Shown piece after piece: positions 35,101 through 47,100 of a DNA stretch of 64,000 nt. A model generated the notes under the pieces. The model had not been told where the DNA came from. It saw only the letters and a program-made list of their open reading frames with translations, and searched no databases. The translations under genes and the position numbers were made by a program. Source of the DNA: Eutreptiella sp. 'Long Island Sound 2002' (Eukaryota; Protista; Euglenida); the NCBI GenBank assembly GCA_964036045.1, contig OZ038378.1:166098001-166162000 (forward strand), written 5' to 3'. The stretch's first letter is position 1, and every line of letters begins with the position of its first letter.

Positions 35101-38100
35101 AATGCAGCTGCTTATCTGCATTTTGCCATGTGGATGAAGATCGGAATGCATGTGTGTCAATGCTGCAGCAGCAAGAAGCAGTTGTGTCCAAGATCATACC
35201 GTAATAGTCTAACATTCTGCGTACCTTGGACAAGGCCCCCAGGGGGTAGCACCTGCTGAACCTTCCACACAGTGAACGTGTGTCCCGTTTGATTTTGGAA
35301 AGTGCTTTAAATCCTGAACCAACAGGCCAACCAACCAATCAGTGCGCAACCCAGCTGTCAAATGCACGCTGCATACGTGAGGAGGATCAGGTAAAGGTCA
35401 ACCTGCGTCTGCAATACACCAGTGGGCTCATGAAGCAAACAGTGGGCAAGCACAGGGGTTGACCTGCCTGGCCAGAGTCCTGCTCGCCTTACTCGACGCA
35501 TCTGCTCTGCACATGCTCTGCTCACAGTGGGGTGGAGGCACGTTCTTGATTCCGTACGTCTTATGCCTACTGTTGATCGGGATTCCGTTGCTGTTACTGG
35601 AGATCAGTTTGGGGCAGAAGTTCCAAAAAGGGGTATGATCGTTTGCACATCAACGGCCCATTTCCTCGCATGTGCATAAATTAAGTCACGGTTCTTGCAA
35701 CCCAATGTTGCTATGCATCTGATGGGAGTTAGTTATTCTGTGTCCACAGCCCCCCCCCCCCCCCCGAAGTACTAGTGGTGGTGTATGTGAATGTGGATGT
35801 GTGGCTGAATGTGAAGCATGGCGGCGTCGGTATGGGAGAGATGCCAAAAGAGCAGAAGCAGCACTTGGGAGCACAGGGACACAGTCCCACTCTCACCTTC
35901 CAAAAGTACTTTTCCCCACCGGCTGGGACAAGCAAGTAGAGCATTCCTGACTAAGTGTGTCCACCCGGAAGCCTCAACTGGCACACAGCTTTGATGGCAC
36001 CCCCCGGGGAAACACTGCCGCCTGGTGGCACGCCTCCAGAAAACACAGCCAAGTGCATTAGACCGGAGGCATCGACCCACCTTCATGGTTCACCCCCTCC
36101 TCTGCTCTTGAGCACCCATCCGAAACCATGTGACACAAGGTTGCGTGGAAAGCTCACATGCTTTTGTTTTATCCACGGGTCCTCCTTAATAGACACCATG
36201 CCAGCCACGTAACACAATGCAACAGTGGCTCGCCAGAATGTCTGCCAACAGGGCCTTGTCTGCGCACATGAGCCACACATAAGACCTCCACTGCCCGTCC
36301 CCTCCAGCTGCTTCGTATGTATTCCAGTTTGTGGGAGCTACCTTGGCTTGCCATTGGCCGCTTCAAACATGAAAAGCACTTCGGTGCCTGTGGCAGCCAG
36401 ATCTCACAATGACCGCCTTCGCGCTCTCTCAAGTGAGCCCTTGCAGAGCCCCTTCAAACATCCACCACGACCACCACCAATCTTTGGGGGCATTCTTGCC
36501 CCCGGTGTGATGTGTATCAGTCCATTACACTTGTCTGTGTGTCTCACCCATCCGCCTGGCATGCATGTTCCTTTGTCAAGGCTGTCTGTCCATCGCGTCT
36601 GTCCACCCATCGTGTGTATCTATCCATCATGCATGCCAGGAAGTGCTCGACTTGTAGAACAGTTGTCAATGGGCACACATCCCCAGCCAACAAGCCAACC
36701 AACCAAGCAATGCTCAACGCATCTTTTATCTACAACCTGCAGATTTGAGGAGAGTTTGGTAACATGGTCACAACACGACCTGCTGTCGACCTGCTGTTGA
36801 GGGTCAATGTCGAAACAAAAGGAGTAGTGGTTCTGCATAGTAAAACTGTGCTCCGTATTATTGGTGTGCATGCACGCATCACACCAGAGAGAGATGCGCA
36901 TCACCCTGTCAGCCAACATTTCTTGCGCAATTCCATGAACTACTCAGCATGGCCTATGTATATCATCATTTACAGCACAGTGGTGCCCCTAATTCTTTCT
37001 GGTTTCCTGTCTGCGTTCCTTGATAGCCGTCAAGCGTGTTACTGCATTTGTCATGCGTTGCTTGTTGGCGCTGTTGTATGGTTTAATGCTTTGCGGCACG
37101 ATGCTTCGTTGTGATCCTTGATTGCTGCTGTTTACTGCTTTTCCTTGTGCAGGTTTCTGTGCAGTTGTTTACGGTCTGTTGCTGCTGATGAGTTGGTGTT
37201 GGGCACTGTGGTGGGTTGACTGTAGCTGCTGATTTCACTGCTTGCTGCCGCCGTCTTTGCTGCTGTTGTATTTGTTTCTGACCTTTTCAGATATTTGATG
37301 TGTCACCCACCACAGGCCAGCTATCAGCCACTGCACCCCCCAATCTGCCATGCCACCTTCCAGGACATTGGATCTTTCGGCAGCATCCATCCCAAACTGC
37401 GGGGCGTTGGCATGGCCTCAGTGTACGCCTCGTTTCTGATTCTGGCGTACTACACAGTCATCATTGCGTATGCAGTTGCTGTGCTGGGGGAAGCGGGAGT
37501 GGGGACCGGAAAGGGGACGTGCACGCACGAACATATCCACCCCAAGGGCCTGTAAACACCAGCTTGCTGATGCTTACCAACTGATGTACAGGGGTCACTG
37601 TGCGTCCACTTTGCGTGGGAAACTTGCGAACTTTACTACGGAAATTCCAGGGGAGTCCACGAAGGGCGCAAGCCAAATTCTACCATCGCTGTTTTGAACA
37701 CACACACCCTCCGACCAAACTGACCCTCTCCACTGGCGGAGTGTGGCACATGGGTCTCTCCTGCATCGTGAGTGGCACCTGAGGCTGACCCCTTTTTCCA
37801 AATTGGGAATCGTTGGATTTTGGTCCCAAAGGTCTGCGTCGACCAAGCCCTACGCACTGCCGCATTTCTGGGATGGCCTGCAAAATCTCCACGGCTTTTT
37901 TGGCGACCTCTGCGACATTTCCCATAGCAAAGCCTCAAGAAGCCCGCTGCTTGCTTTTTCCTGACAAGCCCTGCCTGTTAAAGGCCGCTTGGTCTGGCAA
38001 TTTGTGTACCCTCCCCCCTTGTCTAAGCTACGGCCTTGTCTAAGCTACAGCGGGCGTAGGGACCGTATTGGTTCCGGAACTGATTTAATTCGGTACAAAA

Positions 38101-41100
38101 TGCAGTGAAACCGCATAAGACATGGTTTTGGTGACAAATGTGCCAATTACATGGAGTCATGGACACATTTGTTGTCATTGTTTGCCCACTTGAACCCACA
38201 GAGCTCTGAATTTGGGGATATTTGTGCATTATCTTCCCCTTTCTTGGTGGTGGCGTGTGTGCTGGTAGTTGTATGTGTCGCACGCAAGCTACAGCCTTGT
38301 CTGAGCTACAGTAGGCGTAGGGGCCGTATTAATTCCGTACTTTTGTGTAGCTTAGACAAGAGGGGGGGGGGGGTATGACAGAGTCTGATGACAGTGCAAG
38401 AGGGGGTCCTCAGCCTTCCTGTACGCATTCGACAGGTGGACTTGCATCTACTTTGTCTATTCGTTCTACATTCCGTTACCTTGGAGCGAGCATCCCAGTG
38501 CGAGCTGGCCACCCCAGACAGATCAGTGCTATGAAGCTTTCAGCAACAGCACCGCTGCTTAGTATGCCCCGGCCTGGCCGTCAGCCCCCCCGTTGTTATC
38601 ACATAGGCTTCTGTGCCATGGTTTTCTCACGTCCTCGTGCCTTACGCGTTCATGGCATTGGACGGTCATTTGAGATGTCTGCAGGGTTTGGCTCGTGGCT
38701 TGCTGATACATGCATCTTTTTGCACCCCGCGCAGTTTCAGATCATCAGACATTGTGGGGGTGTAGTATTGTCTGGATATGCAAGATTATTGCTAATTACC
38801 CTAAAATCCCCCAATTCTGCCCTGTAAACTGTGCGCTGTGTGCATGCTGTGCGCAAACACCCGCTGCATTGGTTTGGAATCTGATTCTACTTTGCAGTCG
38901 TGATGCATTGAGAAACCAGGGTGAGTGCAAAATTCATTTGCAGGGGGGCTGTTCAAGCCTCCCAAAAAAATTTGGGTTGAAAAAGGCCTCCCATGACCAA
39001 AGGCCTGCTTCGAGGAGATGTTTTGGAAGCACTGCCCCCCCATGATTCATACCTCAAAATGACCCTGCAATGGACACCAGCAATCTGCCTTGTGCAGAAA
39101 AGGTGGAGGTGGTGGAGGGTACTCAAGAAGTTCTCAGGAATCCTTTCGTTGCGTCGCATGAAAAGGCAGGACTGATTTTTTTTTTCATGTGGTTGGGAAT
39201 AGGTGACAGAAACAGCCGGTTGTTTTTTTTTCAATTGATTTTGTTAGAATAACCAATTGCTCCGATCATTTTAAACCAAAGTACCCGGTCACCAATTTTG
39301 CAAATTATGTCCGGAATGCATTGCCAATTATTGCAGTTTGCAGCCCATGCATTGAGGGTACACAACCAGAAGTAATGAAACTGCAAGTTTGGCCATGGGA
39401 TTTGGGGGTCATGGGGTAGGGGTGCTTCAAAACCCTTTTGTTGGGCCTTACATATTGCTGTAACGGCATTTTTCTATCAAATTTCAGAATATGAAGGAAG
39501 GTCTCACCGAGTATGTGAGCATGGCAGCAAGTGCATGTGCAGGCACTCCTTAGAACCATTAGAACCATGTGTTATTGATTCAACAACACTCAATTGTTCT
39601 CTGACGTCTGTTGGCTGCAACCCGCCGCACTTGATTTCTCGCTGATTGGTAGCCGCATGACGTTGCTATCTGCCTCTCAGTCACCTGAAGCGTAATGTGC
39701 TGCTCAATTTCAGAGCTGATTGCACGCGCATTCCCACCACATGGGGTGGGTCTGAGGCCGTATGTGATCCCACCACCTTGTGACAGCCTTAAAAAAGCCT
39801 GATGCTGACCCCAACAACGTCAGCGGACGTCATTCCAGTCATTCCAGGGGAACGCAGCGCACCTTTTGGGGAGGGCCATGATATAAAACGTAACGTCAAG
39901 CAGTTGATACCATTGGCGCAGTCCGTCAATGCCAGTGCCCAAGTCGGCAGTATGACTCCTGATGGTGTCCCGCCAAACAGACACATTGGTCCCGGGGGGG
40001 GGGGGGACTCTGCGGATCCTAGGACGCCAACTACCCCTGCCCCCCCCCCCCCTCCCCCCCCCTGGGGGCCTCCGGGCAACAGTTAGTTGCCAAAGGTGTC
40101 GCCCTCAGGCGTCCATGGGGGCCAAAGGCGCCCGATGCTCCATGAACACCAAAGGTGCCCTAAGGGAAATTTTGTCCACTTTGCACCCCAACACTATCCT
40201 TAAGCCCAACCTTGACTCTAACGCCCATCCCCAACCCTCAGCCTACTCGTAACCCTACACCTAACCCTACCCCTACCCCTCACCCTAGCCCTAACCCTAG
40301 CCCTAGCTCTCACCCTAGGCTAGGGTCAGAGTGAGTGTTGGGGTCCAAAATGGAGAGCAGCGATGTTGCAAAAGCAGCCATGAATGGAATTTGGGGGATC
40401 TTGTTCAGCCCAATCAACATGGCTGGCATGGCCAAACCAGTTGGTTGCAAAGGTTAGCGTCAGGTTTGTAATGATGGTATGGTTAGAGGGAGGGCAAGGG
40501 GAGGTAAGGGGAGCCTGTGCCCCCCCCCCCCCCCAACTGGACCCCCCCCCACCACAAATCACCCCACCTAGACCCCCCCCCCCCAACACCCCAAGTCGCC
40601 CCACCTGGACCCCCCCCCCACCACAAATCGCCGCACCTGGAACCCCCCCCACCCGACCCTCCTGGACCCCCCCCCCAGCCTTGAATTAAATGCTGGCTAG
40701 GTGGCAAGTTTACGCCTATATGCATAAATTTACGAAAACGGCCACTTTTTGGGCCACCGCGGTGTTTACAGGTGTAAATTGGGTGTAAATTGGTGTATAT
40801 TGCTATGTTTGCACTATTTCATGATGCAATTGACCTTCTTTGTCTTGCAAGTTGCGTGCTTTTTGTCATTTTGTTCACATTGCTGCCATTCTTACATGGT
40901 TGTCAAGGCAAGTTTCGCGCGCATGGTGGGGTAGGGTAATCTATGCATAGGAGAATGGGCAAGAGCAAAGCGGGGGGGTAGAAGAGGGTTGGTGACAGGG
41001 GTGGCCTCCTCCTCAAACTTGGTGGCACAACAACGTTGGTATCAACGGGTGGGGTAGGGTAATGAAAAATGTATGGAAAGAAGAGAAGACAAATTTTAGA

Positions 41101-44100
41101 GTCGAAAAACGTTGGTTCTAGGGGCGGCCTCCTCCCCAAACTTGGGGGCACAACAAGGTTGCTTACAAAAGTGTCCTTCCTTCCCCTGCGCTGTCATTGC
41201 ACCCCCCCCCCCCTTTCTTTTGATTAGTCTTGACATGGGTTCTAACATATGGGTGCGGCCGCTTGGCCCCATTGCGCCCCAAGGTGTCGCTTGGATGCAT
41301 TTCCCCAACGTTGCTGAGGCCCTCCGCTATTGACGTTCGGAGGAGGGAGGGTCTCTGCGCATCCAGCACACTCAAGTCAAGCGGGCTGCCAAAGCCAACG
41401 CCACTCGGGACGGCTATGCCTTCACGTTCGACGAACCATCATCCCTTGTGGTGGCTTCACCCGCGCGCTCACAGCGCATAGCCGCGGCACCCGCACCCAA
41501 TTTGTCAACCTTTGGGTTCACGGCCGTCCGATGTGCTTGCTGCGGTGCAAACATTTGCGGCACCAAGCACACATGCAGCAGGTGCCACCGGGTTGTTGAT
41601 GAGGCATGCATGCAATTTGTGCAACCTCCTTGCCCAATTGACATGCTTATCATGCCTCAATTCGTCAAGCCTCAATTTGTCGCAATCAATCCGTCGCCGT
41701 GAGTTCAATCGAAGGATCAAAATTTCAAGGACTTGCATTGGTGACCGAGGTTTTGCGCCGTGCATCATCACTTGTTTGGGTTTTGTCTAGTGTCCGTTTG
41801 TGCTTCAAGGAATTGCTGAATTTCGCATAATTAGGGTGAGCCCCATTAAAACAAACACCAAGGCATCTCAATCACCACCTTCAACTTCCTAAAGTGCTTC
41901 CGAAAGGTTTTACATTATCTTAAACTTTTTGGATTGCATTTTTCGAAGGATTTTCTTTTTTCTGATTTTTTTACTCTGCTTGGAGAATAAATTTTGATCC
42001 TGCGCTCCATGGCTCAAACAACACCCCCCGCCATCCGCTGAGCACTGGGCCTACCCCGTCGCCGACCCATCTGCCGCGAATGGTATGAATGGAACCTGCT
42101 TGCTCCAACTCGTGCTGGGAGCAGGAGGGCCTGCTGAGAACTAGGCCTTCCCCACTGCCCACGCATTCGATGCGGACAGTACGACCTTTCCCTGCGAGAC
42201 CCAGTTCTCCCCCAGCACTCTGGCCATGCCCGCCGCCTCCGGTCAGTCGGAGGTGTTCGTGTCGCCCTCTGGTCCGGACGCCGACATTGGCCTGCAGCAG
42301 CACGTGCCCACAGCCTGCAGCGTGCTGACCCACAGCATGCCCTCCAGTTGTCGGAGAAGCTCATGTCGCCGTCGTGTGCGGACGCCACCGCTGCTCTGCA
42401 TCAGTGCGTGCCCCACAACCCCAAGACCGACTCTTCCCGTCCCTCCAGGCAGATACCGGAGATGTACGCCGTATGGTGTCCAAAGTTTGGCCGCGTCCCT
42501 CATTCAAACGAGTTCGACCGCGGCCTCCGAGGAGGAGCAAACTGAGGAATTGGAGGATGAGGGGCAAGGGGGTAAGGGGGAGGAGGGGGACGAGGAGGAG
42601 GAGGAGGAGGAGGAGGAGGAGGTGGTGGTGGTGTGGCTTTTGGGCAGGGCCCATGATGGACCGCGCACGAGGGAGAGGGAGGGATCGGAGTGGTCGCTAG
42701 ATTTCTAATGTTTGTAGTTGGGCAATGGTGCCCACGCACAATACATTGTGACACATTTGCAATTAACATATCCCGTGCATTGGACAATGTGTATTGCTTG
42801 GGATGAGGGTGTCTATGCCATGCCACATTGTGTTGCAAGTGGGGGGGAATAGGGAATAAACAACACCCATGCAGAGTTGTAAAAAAAAAAAACACCAGCG
42901 ATGTCTAGATGACGATCAGAAACAAACAACACCCATCCAGAGTTGTAAAAAATAAACAGCGACGGCCAGGTGGCAGTTAGGAATAAACAGCACCCATCCA
43001 AATTTGTAAAAAAATACACAGGGATGTCCAGATGACAAGCAAAAATAAGCAGCACCCATCCACAGTTGTAAAAAAGTAAACAGCGATGGCCAGGTGACAA
43101 CCAGGAATAAACAGCACCCATCTAGAGTTGTAAAAAAATGAAACAGTGATGGCCAAATCACCATCAAGAATAAACAGCACCCATCCAGAGTTGTAAAAAA
43201 AACAAACAGTGATGTTCATATGACAATGAGGAATAAACAGCACACATCCAGAGTTGTAAAAAAATAGCATTCAAGCAGAGTGGTGTCAATGGTGTCGAGG
43301 TCATATGCACGAATGACTAATTGTTTCTTATGAAACATTTGGGGAACGGGTGAGAAGAAAGAGGCATGAAGCAGGAAAAATGGTAGAATCACCTCGAAGA
43401 GAGGTTGTTAGATCAAGCGCAGGCGCAGGCGTCATATACCCCCCTTTTTTTGGGGTCATTCGCGTAGCATACCCCAAGGCATGATATTGGATGTCCAACC
43501 CCTTGTAAAATCATTATTTTGCCCAATAAGACCATCCCCCAATGGATTTGTTGATTTTGAGGCCTCTACCCCCTAAAACTGGATATCACTTTTTTGAGGA
43601 GGGGGTGGGTGGTGGGGGGGGGGGGGGGGGGCAAAAGTTTTTGCTTAATAGGCTACAAGCAGTGGGGACGCACAATGCTGATAACACAGCCAGCGGTCCA
43701 ATGGTAACGCAGCCGATGCCAGATTTGCAGGCGTCGATTTGAATCCTGGTGTGCTCATTTTCGCCGCCGCCGGCGGCGGCGCCAAAGTGGCCAGACCGGG
43801 GTTCGAACCGCCGACCACAGATTGCCGGTCGGCTGCATTACCACTCGGACACTGCTTGGATTGCGGTGGAGGGCCTCCCTGCTGCTTGAGGCCGCATCTG
43901 CCACTGACAAAAAACCCAAACTGTGTGTATCTGTCTGACTGCCTGCTTGCTGGCTCAGGGACTGATGGGCTGACTGTCAACCTCTCTTCGAGGTGCACTG
44001 CCGAAGGCAATAGAATTTTTTTTGGATTTCTCTCAAAAAAAGGTAGAAAACACACAAATTTACGCCAAAAAATACAATCTACTGGCCACTGGCCAAAAAG

Positions 44101-47100
44101 CTTCGGGCCAGTGTTTATTTCAAGGCTGCCCCCCCCCCCCCCCCCCCCAAAGGGGCCTCCGGCCAACAGTTAATTGGGGAGGGGGTAGTTGGCGTCAAGA
44201 ACCGAGGGGTTCACCCCCCCCCCCCCCGGGCATTGGTCACTGAGAATAGAACAGGGAATGGAGAGAATGCCCATGGCCGATGCCCAGTTGCATTCAGGGG
44301 ATCAGTTTCCGAATTTTGTTGAGAGGCATTGCTCGGAGGACCGCTGTCAGATTTTTCTGAGCATTCACTTGAGTTGCTGAACCTGTTGGATGTTGCTGGG
44401 GTGGCAGTTCCTGAACTTGTTGCCGGGGCTGGACCCAGAAACACCCCACTTCACTTGCACGCGCCCTTTCAGTTTCGCCACCTGAACCCATGGTTCAGGT
44501 GGCAATGAGCAGCAGTCAACCAACAGCGACCAGCCAACAGCGACCAATGGCTGCCCGCTCACTGGCAACAGTTGGCACTTGATGGGACAGGGCACTTGAT
44601 ATCATTCGGAACCAGACAAAACATTATTGGGCATGGACAACGCTGCATTTTGGCGCGTGACAACGAAAGCAGGAGCAGTTCGGCAAAGGAGAAGTTTGCA
44701 GCCAGCCCCATCTTCATACGTCTGCAGATATGAGAGTCATTTCTAGAGCCACAGGACTGGCCTGACGTACCCGTGCATGCCACACGCAGTGATTGAAGCT
44801 CATGGCACACATGTGGGGAAAATCGCCAAAGGGGCATCTGCCATTTAATTTTGGCAGGGTCGGGCCTCCCATCCCAACAATCTCATTGAGGGGGGGGGGG
44901 GGGGGTCTCTCATTAAAGGGGGGGGGGTTGCCATGGGATGGGAGGAGGGGCCTTAGATGTTTTGAGGCACGGCAATGGCTGAATTGGGTTTTGATGTTTG
45001 TGGTGGTTGTACAACCAGCAATCTTTGCTTCTGCCATGAATTCTGAAACGTCCCAAACATGTCAGCGTCCGTTCACAGATGTCACAACACTATCATAGAG
45101 CAATGGCATTAGTTGGAACAATTTTTCTTGTGTCCACGCAAGCCGCCCCATCTCAAAACAGCTCATCAAGGGGGGGGGGTCCTCTCATTGGGGGGGGGGG
45201 TGCCTATGGTACCACTGATGAGCATTTTGTTGTGCTGATGTGTGCTTGATTGTTGACTACCACACCAGAAGACTCCATATGGGGGGATTTACCATGAGAT
45301 GGGAGGGCCCCCCGGGGCCAAATTAAAGCGGTGGATGGCCAAGGAGCAAATTTTGTGGTGCGGTTGGACACCACCCTGCCCTGGCCAACCTCAGCCTCAA
45401 GCAGAGCCAACACATCATTCACCGTATCTTCGACCAAGTTCCACCACCTTCTCACCCAGTTTATGCTGCTCTAACGCTCCAGACACGCCGCGTTTCAAGT
45501 ATTTCTCAGACCCGTTGGGCTGTGAAGCTCACCGTCCTGGCCAGGCCTGGTGGGCATCCGCCACGATCAATCAATGCATGGGGCAGTGCGGTGGTCCACG
45601 ACAGAAAAAGCGCACAAAGGACGCGAAAGGTGGCCGACAGCAATGAAAATGAGAAATAGACCGAATTGAGCTGGACTTATGGCAATGTTTGTGGCAAGCG
45701 GGTTTTTTTGGGAAGCCTCCGGTAATGTTTTTTTTTTATTGTGACCGTAGGCCTAACAGTATCACGTGCACCACACCTCAGGCATGGCGATGTGTAATGC
45801 ACAATATGGGGCTCCCGCACGCGATCGATCTGTCTTGTGCGCAAACCTTCAATCCCTTCGCCCCCCACTGCAATGCCCCAGGCTGCCTCCTCAGTAGCGC
45901 CTCAGCAGGACGATGCAATTCTTGTCTAGCCTCCCACGCCAGATCCCCACCGCCCCCACCCTTCATCTCGAAATCCATGGACAGCAAACAGAACAAGAGC
46001 AGAGTCAGGGCAGGTTGCAGGGTTGAGGGATATAGGGATTAGTTTACGCTTACCTGACCGTCCACTTGACTGCAGATATCAGTGGTCGTATTTTTGGCTG
46101 CCTGTTTCGTGTGGATCTGCACTACGCTGTGTGTATGGCGGGGTGTTAAGGTTTGTTCGAGCGAGCGCTGATCCTCTGTCTATTAGTGTGTCTATCATTA
46201 CCCCATTCTGCACAGCAGGCTGCACAAGCAGCACGCTGTCCCTTACAAGACACACAGCCTCAAGTGGGAACGTCAGCCCGGAGGGCGGGAAGGGTAAATT
46301 TCTGTGCAGAGCAGCGGACGTACAAAAAACGCCATTTCAGCGTAGAATGCTCTGAGACAATTGCCAACTTCTGGCAACCGGTTGTCGGTAGAGAATCAAC
46401 CGCTGGCGTCCGGCAGTTCACCGCCAGCTGCAATCCCGGAGCGTCCATTGGCAAATATAAACAACAAAACAGCCGAAGCTGCCCCCTCAGGAACGCCCTG
46501 CTCAACAAAACCCATCGCAAACCCCCCATGCGGTTTTGGGGGGATCTGGTACACGCGGGGGGGGGGTTGAGTAGGGGGCTGTGGGGGTTTTGTCATTCAG
46601 GACTGCCACGGGTTGGTTTTTCCATAAGCACAGGAAAGTGGCAGGTGTTTATGGTTTGGCGGGATAACGCCCAGAAACGAGGAACCGGGGGCAAACAGGG
46701 CAAACTGTGGGACAAAAGTGGGACAAAAGGAAACATTGAAGAAGAAATAATAATCACCATGATCAATTAAGCTGAGCTCATGTTGATAAACCGCAGGAGG
46801 TACAGCCCCCCCCCCCCCCCTGTTCGTCCAATCGGACCAACTCAAGGCAACATTCAGCACTCGTTTGGATTGAACTGTGTGAGCTGTGACCGTATAGCAT
46901 GAGCAGGGCTGTGCTTATTGCCTTTTTTCCGCAAGGTGGAGGCCCCCCCCCCCCTTCCATCCTGATCAAAGTGACCATCGTCCCAGACCCCCCCCCCCTT
47001 TAAGCACAGCCCTGAGGCTGTGTCACCGGGCTATAGGGGTAGCTAAGTATCCGCTGCTTCACGGCCCTTGTTCGGCCACGAACGCGATGCTTTCAAAAGA

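Noticed and set aside
42226-42545. Possible third Ulp1 relic ([11 protein letters not shown])
   Set aside because: Only a loose resemblance to QxNxxDCG; no HW motif or catalytic Cys.
43688-43860. Functional tRNA genes (also 3494-3906)
   Set aside because: Acceptor and anticodon stems are mispaired and anticodons differ between copies; treated as tRNA-derived repeats.
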